DNA from: an uncultured archaeon
GTDB lineage: Archaea > Asgardarchaeota > Lokiarchaeia > Sigyniarchaeales > SOKP01
Direction of reading: 5' to 3'
DNA length: 31,696 bases
NCBI GenBank assembly: GCA_964388035.1
Contig: CAYLZE010000056.1
Span: forward strand, 1-31,696
Notes under the pieces: generated by a model
The model's input: only the letters and a program-made list of their open reading frames with translations
Databases searched by the model: none
What the model was told of the DNA's origin: nothing
Program-made: the position numbers and the translations under genes
Shown: positions 8,788 through 18,081 of the stretch, in pieces
Layout of the letters: every line of letters begins with the position of its first letter
How positions within the stretch are numbered: position 1 is the stretch's first letter

Positions 8788-11193
8788 ATGTTTAAGAAAA
8801 AATCATCCAGTGTGAAAGTAATGGAATCCCTTATAAATGAAGCATATGAGCTAAGACATCAGAATAATTTTGATCTCTCTATTACAAAATTCGAAGAGGC
8901 AATAAATCTAATTCAATCGGAATTTAAAGATCTTGAATTCATTGAAGATCAAGTTAGTAAGTTAGAAATGGAAATTATAGCTCTCTACTCTGATAAAATT
9001 AATAATATCATTCTTCAAGCAAAAGAATTAATGAAACAAGATCAATTAGAAGAAGCAAATACTCGTCTTTATGATGCTTTAGAAGTTGCGAAAAACATTA
9101 AAAATGATGAGATTAAAGACAATTTTATCCGCAACATAGAAAATTTAGTAAATCTTAATAAATTCAGGCTTGTCCTAGATAAGGCCTCTAAATTTTTGGA
9201 ACAAAATGAGTTAGAGGAAGTGAAATCTCTTTTAAAAGAGACTAAGATTCAGGTTGAAGAAGTGGCTGATTCAGAAACCAAGAGAGACATATTAAATCAA
9301 ATTCAAGAATTGGTAGATCATACATATCAAGCCAAAATTGATGAAATTTCCATAACCGCGAATGCATTAGTAGGAGAGAGCAAAAAAGACGAGGCTCTAA
9401 AGTTACTCAAGGAAAATTTTTCATCTTTAGATGAATTAATTGGTTCAAGCAGGAAGGAGGAATTTTCATTGAAGTTAAAAAAGAAAATTAATGAGATTCA
9501 TGCCCTACAGATAGAATCCATAATTAATAAATCTCAACCTTTTTTAGATCAAGGGAGCTTGATAGATCTCACGCAGTCATTAAAAGAAACCAAGGAAATT
9601 ATTGATTCCATGGAGGAAACTGAACAAAAGCAACGACAAATTCAAAAAGCAAATAAAATATTCTATCCCGTTTTCGAGAAAGAGATTAATAATTTATTTC
9701 AGAAAGGGATGGAGATCATTAAAAATGAGGATTTTGAAAAATCAACGAAAATGGTAAGTGATGCAATTCAATATTTTGTTAACGCCTTGGATTTAGCAAA
9801 TAAATTGGTAGACTCCGATTTAAAGGAAAAATTAATAACAAGAATTCAAGTCGAATTGAATCAAACATGTTCAAAAGGAATCAATACTCGAAAAGAAAAA
9901 GCAAATGAAATGGTACAGAATAAGAATTTTGAAGAAGCTATCGGTGATATCTATTCTGCTCTGAGTATTGCTAAATCTGTTGCATATGGTGATGAAGAAA
10001 GTCAACAAACGGAGGAATTAAAGAATTTTATTAATAACATTTATTCTGCTCAAATTGAAGATTTAATAGAAAATGCTAAAATCAAGCTAAATCAAGATAC
10101 CTTTGAAGAAGCAAGAGGATTATTAAATAGTGCCTTAAGCGTCACTAATAAAATGTATCTCTCAAGACAAATGGACGATGAAATTGAAAAGATCAATAAA
10201 ATGATGAGGCGCATAGAAATAAACGAAACTATCTCTAAAGGAGATATTTTATTAGAAAGTGAAAAATTCAACAAAGAATTAGAAGAACTGAGAGAGAAAT
10301 TAGAGAGTGCAGAAGCTATTGAAGACTCCGATGAGAAATACCAAGAATTACAGAATATCAAGAATCTTATTGATAATGTACATGCTTCTGAAATAACATT
10401 AATTATAGAACAAACCTTTCAACATATTAAAAGCGAGAACTATGAAGGAGCAATGCAAGAGATTGATCAAACACTATCCATCGTTCAAAAAATCGAGCTT
10501 GAAGAGAATAAAAAGAAAGAACTTGTGGAGATTTTAAAAAAGATACTTGAAATTTCCACTATATTATCAAGCAAGGAAGTATATAAAGTTGTTCCCGACT
10601 TGTTTGATAAAGCATTTGAAATAATACAATTAATGACGGAACAGGAACTCAAGGGACATAGTCTCATAGAATTAATCGATTTGATGAGTTCCTTTGGACA
10701 AAAGCTATTCGCACAAGATAAAGGAGAGAATGCTATTAAAGATTTGAAAGCAGCCTTAGTATTTTGTAAAGAATTTGAAGATGAGCAGATAAAAACAGAC
10801 TTAAGCGAAAAGGTAGAGGGAATCTTAAAGAATGGAATGATTAATATTGCAAAACAGTTAATGATTATTAAAGAATATGATAAAGTAATTGAAATTTCTA
10901 AGGATTTGATATCGATCGATGATAATTTTATTCAAGCTCATGATTACTTGGCAAATGCTTACATGCGAAGGAAAAAATATGATCTTGCGATACCAAGCTA
11001 TGAACGGGTGATAAAGTCAAATCCCGATAATTTTAAAGCGTTGATCCGTATAGGATTAATACACGAGCTAAAAGACCACATCCCCGAAGCGCTTGAATAT
11101 TATAAGCGTGCTAGTGCCATTGATTTTATGAAATTTTTACGGCAAAATCGAGAATTATATTCTGAGCTAACAAGTAATCAAAATGAGAAGTAG
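8788..11193 (+). CDS. Large alpha-helical repeat protein with C-terminal TPR repeats (801 aa)
   Basis: About ten ~55-65 aa helical repeats (A..L....F/YEEA...L..AL..A), then canonical 34-aa TPRs (AHDYLANAYMRRKKYDLAIPSYERVIKSNPDN). Confidence 0.85.
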   Translation: MFKKKSSSVKVMESLINEAYELRHQNNFDLSITKFEEAINLIQSEFKDLEFIEDQVSKLEMEIIALYSDKINNIILQAKELMKQDQLEEANTRLYDALEVAKNIKNDEIKDNFIRNIENLVNLNKFRLVLDKASKFLEQNELEEVKSLLKETKIQVEEVADSETKRDILNQIQELVDHTYQAKIDEISITANALVGESKKDEALKLLKENFSSLDELIGSSRKEEFSLKLKKKINEIHALQIESIINKSQPFLDQGSLIDLTQSLKETKEIIDSMEETEQKQRQIQKANKIFYPVFEKEINNLFQKGMEIIKNEDFEKSTKMVSDAIQYFVNALDLANKLVDSDLKEKLITRIQVELNQTCSKGINTRKEKANEMVQNKNFEEAIGDIYSALSIAKSVAYGDEESQQTEELKNFINNIYSAQIEDLIENAKIKLNQDTFEEARGLLNSALSVTNKMYLSRQMDDEIEKINKMMRRIEINETISKGDILLESEKFNKELEELREKLESAEAIEDSDEKYQELQNIKNLIDNVHASEITLIIEQTFQHIKSENYEGAMQEIDQTLSIVQKIELEENKKKELVEILKKILEISTILSSKEVYKVVPDLFDKAFEIIQLMTEQELKGHSLIELIDLMSSFGQKLFAQDKGENAIKDLKAALVFCKEFEDEQIKTDLSEKVEGILKNGMINIAKQLMIIKEYDKVIEISKDLISIDDNFIQAHDYLANAYMRRKKYDLAIPSYERVIKSNPDNFKALIRIGLIHELKDHIPEALEYYKRASAIDFMKFLRQNRELYSELTSNQNEK

Positions 11194-11408
11194 ACTTGAG
11201 AGTGACTTTAATTTCACTATTAGATAATTTAAAAACTCTCAAATCTTAAAATGTGAGAGAATTTATTTCAACTCTTTTTTTGTATTATAATAGGGAACAA
11301 TCATTCAATTTCAATATTTTTACTTTTATTTGAGAATCCAACAAATGAACGATGGAAAAATGCTTGTTTTATTATTAGAACCAAAAAACGTGAGAAAATG
11401 CTTTTAAT

Positions 11409-12680
11409 TTAAATCAACATTGCTTTTAGAAATCGGGGGGATAGAGTAATTTTCGAAAGTGCGGGTAGTTTACCAAATAATTTTTCACCCACGTATTTGT
11501 CTTTATTTGTATCATGTTTTGCTAGATCTTGATTAATATGGGCTTCATATATGTATCTCTGAGATGTTTCATCCATAGCAACAACTTCACAATAATATTT
11601 CCATAAAGACCTTACATAGGATCCTGTATTGTAAAATAAATACTCGCACGCATTTCCGTTTCTAAAATAATTGTTCAATAACACTCGATTAACTTCCGAA
11701 TCATATTTGCTTAATTCATAGCGCGTGAGATTACTTTCACTTTTCAGCAAGGGTTTTACAGTTTCTGCAGCCAAGTGTGCACTTGCTAAGCCACATAAAA
11801 TTCCTTCATAGAAGAAAGAGGTAACTATTCCCGCAGCTTCCCCCAAAACAATCGTTCTATCGTTAGAGAATTGCTTCAATGGATGCTTGGAAATTTTACC
11901 CGTCACAACATCAATACCTTTTTTCAAATTTTTAATAAAAGGTTGTATCCTTTTGTAATTTTGCAAAATTCGGTCTAATTTGTTGTTCATTTCTGCGGGA
12001 GTATCATTCATTTTTCCGAGAAATCCTACAAAAGCCCTTTCTACCCCCTTATTGATGAAAAAGGGTCCATCCGTGCTTATTTTTGGATTATAATGAAAAA
12101 TGTATTGGCATTTTAAATTATCATTTAATACATCTTCATCTCCATGTAAATGAACGCATATTCCTTGATATTGATCTGGAACACCCAAGCCTAGAGCTTT
12201 TTGTAATGAAAAATCCCACGAGCCCGTGGCAAAAGCTAGCAATTTAGTTGTAATAGATTCGCCATTATTACACGTGATTTCTACACGATCCCTCGTTTTA
12301 TTCACTCGTTTCGCTTTTATTCCAAATTTAGTATCCCCGCCTCTATTTTCAAATAGATGAATCATATGTTCAATGAATCTATCCGTGTAACAAATATTTC
12401 CCAAGGGAATCCCAAATTTTGTAGAATCAATCACACCATCGACTTCATCCGCCATGTAATCTGCGCGAAGATGTGGTATAGGAAAAATAGTCTTATCATT
12501 CCAATCGACTTCTTGAATGAAAGGACGATTGTGCTCCGGAAAAATATTGGTCTTAATCGGAATTCCTTTAGAAAAATCTTTTTCTTCAATTAATAACGTT
12601 TTCGCATGTCCTGCCATTTTTAAAGCGAAGGAAGACCCCGCTACTCCAGCACCAATAACTACAATTTCATAATCAGAAAT
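11409..12680 (-). CDS. FAD-dependent oxidoreductase, geranylgeranyl-reductase-like; probable ATT start
   Basis: The frame continues upstream of ATG 12617 as ISDYEIVVIGAGVAGSSFALK (Rossmann GxGxxG). Also FATG and VLGEAAG...EGI motifs. No ATG/GTG/TTG before the TAA at 12701-12699; AGGGTG lies 7 nt upstream of ATT 12680. Confidence 0.82.
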   Translation of the reverse strand: MSDYEIVVIGAGVAGSSFALKMAGHAKTLLIEEKDFSKGIPIKTNIFPEHNRPFIQEVDWNDKTIFPIPHLRADYMADEVDGVIDSTKFGIPLGNICYTDRFIEHMIHLFENRGGDTKFGIKAKRVNKTRDRVEITCNNGESITTKLLAFATGSWDFSLQKALGLGVPDQYQGICVHLHGDEDVLNDNLKCQYIFHYNPKISTDGPFFINKGVERAFVGFLGKMNDTPAEMNNKLDRILQNYKRIQPFIKNLKKGIDVVTGKISKHPLKQFSNDRTIVLGEAAGIVTSFFYEGILCGLASAHLAAETVKPLLKSESNLTRYELSKYDSEVNRVLLNNYFRNGNACEYLFYNTGSYVRSLWKYYCEVVAMDETSQRYIYEAHINQDLAKHDTNKDKYVGEKLFGKLPALSKITLSPRFLKAMLI

Positions 12681-12865
12681 ATTAATGCACCCTACGAATT
12701 AATATTAAAAAGAAAAGTAATTGAAATATATTAATTATTATGTATTTTATGAAAGAATTCCTACCATTCATCCGTGATTGAATATAAAATGAAAATTCGA
12801 TTCAAATGAGATGAAAGAACGAAAAGACAATCTTAAAAATTCTTGCTCTGCTATATAAAAGAGTA

Positions 12866-13618
12866 TTAAATTATATTTTCGATCCTTTTCCCTAATTTGT
12901 TAAGATAGAGCTCGGCCATTCCCAGGGGAACAGACTTTTCAAAGAGTAACACAATTAAAAAATCCACGCCTTCTGGGACGAGACTTATAATTTTTGAAAA
13001 GACTTTTTGACCATTTTCCAATTGATAAAATAATTCGGGTAATGCTTCCACTCCGGTCATGAATCGAATTTCTAATTCTCGCAACGAATCTAATAAAATT
13101 TGATTGGGTAATGAAGAATACACGATGTTCCCCTTCGTAGTTAATAAACACGCACCGGTAATTTCATTTTTTGAAATTTCTTCTTTAAAGAGATTGATCG
13201 CTCTAATATAAAAATCTTTATTCTTAAGGATTTCCTCTTCGCCTTTTATTATCGAATCTGAAATTGTATCCAGTTCGGGATCCTCGATTTCCTTGCAAAC
13301 ATCCAAGTATTCAGGCTTATTATACATTTGAAAGAAGACATTCATGAGCTTCTCTATCCGTGAAATTATGAAAAGTAAACTTACGGTCGTATCCGCTAGA
13401 ATCGCAAAAATAAACTTCTCTCGCTTTCTAAAAACAAACCGTAATCCGCTCATTTCAAGTACTTCCATCTTTCTAGATATGATATTTTCAGCAAAAGAAA
13501 TAATGGCAGAAAAGAATGGGGTAATTAGATTCACGTTAAGATTGAACTCGCTTGTAAAATTTCTACTGTATAAGCAACACCCTGACTGATCTAACACAAA
13601 TAATGAGTGGATTTTCAT
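12866..13618 (-). CDS. Longin-domain + roadblock-like fusion protein
   Basis: N-terminal IHSLFVLDQSGCCLYSRNF...LITPFFSAIISFAE...FIFAILAD fits the longin pattern; C-terminal ITGACLLTTKGNIVYSSLP...FLIVLLF..VPLGMAEL fits the roadblock/LAMTOR pattern. Confidence 0.75.
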   Translation of the reverse strand: MKIHSLFVLDQSGCCLYSRNFTSEFNLNVNLITPFFSAIISFAENIISRKMEVLEMSGLRFVFRKREKFIFAILADTTVSLLFIISRIEKLMNVFFQMYNKPEYLDVCKEIEDPELDTISDSIIKGEEEILKNKDFYIRAINLFKEEISKNEITGACLLTTKGNIVYSSLPNQILLDSLRELEIRFMTGVEALPELFYQLENGQKVFSKIISLVPEGVDFLIVLLFEKSVPLGMAELYLNKLGKRIENII

Positions 13619-13838
13619 TTATTTCTCACGTTTTCATAGATAAACGATTCACAATATATATTGATTTTCAATTCTATAAACTACCCATAAGGTGCTAATC
13701 TATTATTTTTTTTCATTATACCATGATTCATCATAATTGACTAAGTTGTGATCTTTTTATCCCAACAAAAAGGTTTTTTAAAGGTCTATTCTTCTTATTC
13801 TTAAGTTGTGAAAAAAAAAAGCATAACTTATTAAAATC

Positions 13839-14240
13839 ATGTCAGAAAAAGATTTAGAAAAAATTCGAATGGAAAAAGTTAGAAAAATCATGATGCTCCA
13901 ATCCATGCCGAAGGAAGTAATTCACGTGCACTCGGATGGCGAGTTTGCTGACCTCATTCAAAAATATCCCGATAAGATCATTGCTATTGATTTCTGGGCT
14001 GTTTGGTGCAGTCCTTGCATGTCATTTGCCCCAATTTTTGAAAGGTTACATGAAGAATTTCATCAAGAGTTCATTTTTGCTAAAGTAAATGTCGACGAAA
14101 CTCAAATAGCAAACAGATATGGCATTACGGGGATTCCAACAACTCTCTTTATTGAAGGAGGAAAGGTAATACACAAGGTTGTAGGAGCCATGAATTATGA
14201 AATGATGAAGAATATTCTTTTGAAACTCAGATCCAATTAG
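13839..14240 (+). CDS. trxA: Thioredoxin
   Basis: DFWAVWCSPC active site, FAKVNVDE, GIPT cis-Pro motif; N-terminal DLEKIRMEK helix extension as in archaeal thioredoxins. Confidence 0.92.
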   Translation: MSEKDLEKIRMEKVRKIMMLQSMPKEVIHVHSDGEFADLIQKYPDKIIAIDFWAVWCSPCMSFAPIFERLHEEFHQEFIFAKVNVDETQIANRYGITGIPTTLFIEGGKVIHKVVGAMNYEMMKNILLKLRSN

Positions 14241-14299
14241 CATTCAATCATTTCATCTTATAGAACCTTTCAATAATGATGGTCTGAGAGTGGAAAAAA

Positions 14300-14776
14300 G
14301 TGGAAATTATCAATAAACAATTAGAACAAATTAGACAATTAGAGCAAATTAATAAACAAGTTTTAGAAGATAAGGATATTTTTAGGAGTCAAAAGTTATT
14401 TAAATGCATATTGGGGTTAAACTCGTTAGAAACTAAAGTGTTTGCATATTTATTAAAAGTAAAATTTGCTAGTACTAAAGAATTAGACAAAATGATCAAA
14501 AAGGACAGGAGTTCAATTCAACGGGCTCTGCAGAATCTCATTACGCTCAATTTAGTTAAGAGAAAATCAATTTCCATGAAAGAATTTAGACAATTAAGAG
14601 AATCACCCATTTCGGGAAAGCGAGGCTATTTGTATGTTTATAGCACGGAAGATATTGGGCTAATTAAAAAAGAACTTAGAAAATTACTCGATAAGTGGCA
14701 TGAGATAATGCTAACTTACTTGGATAATCTCGATGAATTTTTTGAATGTTATGATCTTGATGTTGATATTTGCTAA
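14300..14776 (+). CDS. TrmB-like winged-helix transcriptional regulator
   Basis: CILGLNSLETKVFAYLL...KDRSSIQRALQNLITLNLVKR...GYLYVY; GTG start. Confidence 0.8.
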   Translation: MEIINKQLEQIRQLEQINKQVLEDKDIFRSQKLFKCILGLNSLETKVFAYLLKVKFASTKELDKMIKKDRSSIQRALQNLITLNLVKRKSISMKEFRQLRESPISGKRGYLYVYSTEDIGLIKKELRKLLDKWHEIMLTYLDNLDEFFECYDLDVDIC

Positions 14777-15122
14777 TCTTTTCCTTAAATTGCTTGATGA
14801 GGGCATGACATAATGAACTTTTATTTAACTAATTTGGAAGGTTTGTTCAATTGTCATGAAATTAATGAAGATTCATGCTAAATGTTGTTTTATCGAATTT
14901 TAAAGATGGAAATCATTATTCTCTCTAAAGATAGTATAATCTACTGTATCTAATAATCCATTAGAAATATGAAAATAAAAAGTCCCCTCGGAAATTCTCT
15001 TTAAATCTCGAGAATTTTAATAAGGATTAAGATTGAAGAGAGTTAGAAATCTTTAGATACACTATTCCTATTTATGGTTAATTTTAATAGATTCTCGGTT
15101 GTTCTCCACTACTCTTGGGATG

Positions 15123-15183
15123 AATTAAAAAATGTCTGGGGGATGGGTGAGAGAGATAACAAATATTCCCCCAATTTTTAATT
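15123..15183. repeat. Imperfect intergenic inverted repeat
   Basis: Left arm AATTAAAAAATGTCTGGGGGA, right arm TCCCCCAATTTTTAATT; perfect core TGGGGGA (15137-15143) / TCCCCCA (15167-15173). Confidence 0.5.
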
Positions 15184-15244
15184 AAATTGAAGAATTAAAG
15201 ATTATAATACTAGTTTATTATTCAAAAATGGGGATAGTTAAACT

Positions 15245-16528
15245 GTGGAAATTAAAATAATACAAGAAGATTCTAACTACATGCATGGTATCATTCAGAA
15301 AATAATTGATGAATGTGGACCCCGAATGCCTTGTAGCCCTCAAGAAGCGAAATCTGCCGAGTTAATAAAAACGGAGCTTGACAAGACATGTGATGATGTC
15401 AAAATTGAGCCCTTTACTTGTGCTCCACGAGCTTTTTTAGGGTACATACGGATCATAATTCTTTTAGTGATATCCTCCTTTCTGCTATTTTTCTTGATAC
15501 CACTTGATTTGTTCTCTTTCTGGCGAGAATTAGTTGCGATCCTTTGCTTTATATTAAATGGAATAGCCTTTCTGGTCTTGTGGAATGAATTTTTTAATTA
15601 TCGTGAATTTATCGACTTTATGTTTAAAAAGAGACAATCCCAAAATGTTGTAGGAAAGATAAAAGCGAGTGAAGATTTAAGAAAAATCCTTATTTTTTCG
15701 GGACACCATGATAGCGCTCTACAATTTAATTTATTGAAGTATTTGAAAGTCTTTTACCCCATAATTATCCTTCTCGGAATCGGTATAATGCTTCTATGGT
15801 TAATAATTTCAGCAGTAATTCTGACCATATCTTTTTTCAATGAGAATGTATTTGCATTGTTTCAAGGAATGATAACTTGGCTGCTAATTATTGGACTTTT
15901 CCCCCTTGTTTGTTTATTTTTCTTTGTAAGCCCGGGCAAGGCTGCCAATAAAGTACCGGGTGCTGTAGATAATTTAAGTGCTGTTGCTATTGTATTAGGG
16001 CTTGGTAGATATCTTAGACGCAATAAAGAGATAATTCCAAAGAACATGGAGATCAGATTAATTTCATTTGGATGTGAGGAAGCAGGATTAAGAGGAGCAT
16101 ACCGGTATGTGGAAGCTCATCTCGATGAACTGAAAAAATACAATGCCGTGTGTGTAAATATGGATGCAATACAAAGTGCAGATAAAATTTCCTTTATTAA
16201 AAAGGAACCCACTACTCGAACAACTCATTCTGAATCAGTCGTTCAAAGACTCAATGACGCAGCTAAGTTATTGGGCGTAAAAGTAACTGAATCGGGATTA
16301 AGTGGATCCAGCACTTTAGAAAAAATAATAGGACAGATTACGGGTGGAACAGATGCCACAGCTTTCTCTAAATCGGGAATTGAAGCAAGTTCAATAATGT
16401 CCATAAATTTGTTGCAAATGACAAAATTTTATCATCAACCAACCGATACATTAGACAAGATCGAGAAAGGAGCTTTAGAACAGGTTTTAAAAATCTTAAT
16501 TGGTTTTCTAAGTTTAAATGAAAACTAA
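15245..16528 (+). CDS. M28-family zinc peptidase with inserted transmembrane segments
   Basis: GHHDS, GAVDNLSAV, FGCEEAGLRG, NMD, GGTDATAF and YHQPTD motifs, plus two hydrophobic hairpins. Confidence 0.88.
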   Translation: MEIKIIQEDSNYMHGIIQKIIDECGPRMPCSPQEAKSAELIKTELDKTCDDVKIEPFTCAPRAFLGYIRIIILLVISSFLLFFLIPLDLFSFWRELVAILCFILNGIAFLVLWNEFFNYREFIDFMFKKRQSQNVVGKIKASEDLRKILIFSGHHDSALQFNLLKYLKVFYPIIILLGIGIMLLWLIISAVILTISFFNENVFALFQGMITWLLIIGLFPLVCLFFFVSPGKAANKVPGAVDNLSAVAIVLGLGRYLRRNKEIIPKNMEIRLISFGCEEAGLRGAYRYVEAHLDELKKYNAVCVNMDAIQSADKISFIKKEPTTRTTHSESVVQRLNDAAKLLGVKVTESGLSGSSTLEKIIGQITGGTDATAFSKSGIEASSIMSINLLQMTKFYHQPTDTLDKIEKGALEQVLKILIGFLSLNEN

Positions 16529-16750
16529 ATTAAAACGATTACTCGATATAGACTTATACCATATCTGAAGTAATTTATTAACCAAGAAAAACGATAGACG
16601 GTAATCTAAGAGACGAATATACTCCCCCCATATTTGAAGATTTAAACAATTTATAAAAAAGTCGGGCCATTATTGGTGATGGAAAATGAATGCTTGGAAC
16701 GAAAGCTAACTGGGAACTTGAATGCCTTGCGATGGGGGAACGAATTGAGT

Positions 16751-17950
16751 TCACATTTCTGTTTTAAGCTTCCATTCTGTTCCACACTGACCACAGCGGT
16801 ATTTTTTCCCGTACATTCTCGGATAAGCCATGATTATGTTGGTTTTATCCAATTCTTCATGGATTTTATTGCGATTTGTGTTCCCGCATGCGGGGCATCT
16901 ACGATGTCCATCTGCATCAGATACAATCAGAGTTTCCTTTTTTGCTTCAAATCCTGATGAAGTTCCTGATTCGAGTGGGCTTAAGAATTCAGCTTTTTCC
17001 ATTAGCAATTCTTTTTCTACTACTGGGGCGATTTTTTCTGTAATATCTTCCGTCTCAAGGTCTTCGATCGGAGCATTCCCTAACTCTTTTTGCAGAGCTA
17101 AAATTTCAGATGGTTTTACCGTGCTTTCTTCATCTAATTCTGCGCCTAATTTCGTGGTTGCTACTAAGAATTCTTTGTATTCTTTTTCTATTGGTTCATG
17201 AGAAATAGTCTTGGGAGCTTCTTTTGCCAACCTTGCTTTCTCCAATTTCTTATTAAGTAGAAAATTGTCCTTTCTCAACTGGTTATTTTTTTCTTTCAAT
17301 AGTTCAAGTTCTTCTCTTAAGTCTTCTTCGCTGGTTTTAGAAGTTGCATTAGCAAGGGAAGCTTCTAGCGTTTGAACTCGATCTGTAAGCTCTTCTATTT
17401 GAGCTTTATATCTTTTCTTTTCCTCCACTAATTCATTTAACCGTTCGATATCGGGTGTGTGGGATTGAGATTGACTTTTGAGAACTTCGATTTCTTTTTT
17501 GTAATCTTCATTTGTTTCCATCATTTGTTTTACAATTTTCTTTGAATTTTCTTCATTCAGCTTATACAGCTTGTTTTCTTCCGTTAATTGGAGAAGTAAT
17601 TGCCGGGCATTTTCTAATTCTTCAACTTTTTCAGAGGGAGGTTCTTGTTGGGAAAAGGATTCGATTTTTGTTCTTAAAGAAATAATTTCCTTGGTTAATG
17701 CTTCAATTTCGTTTTCTTTTTCCTCTATTTCCTGTCTTTTTTTAATAATCATGTCCTTTAATATCTGAACATCGGGTGGGATATTAGACTCGATTTTATC
17801 TTGTTGTTCTATCAGAACATTTTGCTCTTCTATTATGCTTTTTAACTTGATGACTTCTTCACTCAGAGCATCAAACTGTTGTTCTAGATCTATTCTCGTC
17901 TGCGTTTCTTCTTCGATACTTTCGATTTGATCTTTTATTTCTTTACTCAT
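16751..17950 (-). CDS. Coiled-coil protein with C-terminal zinc ribbon
   Basis: About 240 aa of E/K/Q/L heptad-rich sequence, an acidic linker, then CPACG...CGQCGTEW. Confidence 0.85.
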   Translation of the reverse strand: MSKEIKDQIESIEEETQTRIDLEQQFDALSEEVIKLKSIIEEQNVLIEQQDKIESNIPPDVQILKDMIIKKRQEIEEKENEIEALTKEIISLRTKIESFSQQEPPSEKVEELENARQLLLQLTEENKLYKLNEENSKKIVKQMMETNEDYKKEIEVLKSQSQSHTPDIERLNELVEEKKRYKAQIEELTDRVQTLEASLANATSKTSEEDLREELELLKEKNNQLRKDNFLLNKKLEKARLAKEAPKTISHEPIEKEYKEFLVATTKLGAELDEESTVKPSEILALQKELGNAPIEDLETEDITEKIAPVVEKELLMEKAEFLSPLESGTSSGFEAKKETLIVSDADGHRRCPACGNTNRNKIHEELDKTNIIMAYPRMYGKKYRCGQCGTEWKLKTEM

Positions 17951-18081
17951 TTTCTTGTAACTTGTTTATTAAAATCTAATAAAAAAAACTTACTCTAAAA
18001 TCAATAAAAAAATTAATACATAAATTTTTTCTGCATGAAAATGTAAAAGCTTTTTTAAAAGTCAGATCAAATAATATTATT

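Noticed and set aside
450-11382. TATTATTAGAACC present at about 450-462 and 11370-11382
   Set aside because: Only two copies of a short AT-rich word in different contexts; not a CRISPR repeat or a convincing element end.
16673-16957. 94-aa plus-strand ORF starting in the intergenic gap
   Set aside because: Mostly antisense to the zinc-ribbon end of the coiled-coil gene; no motif support.
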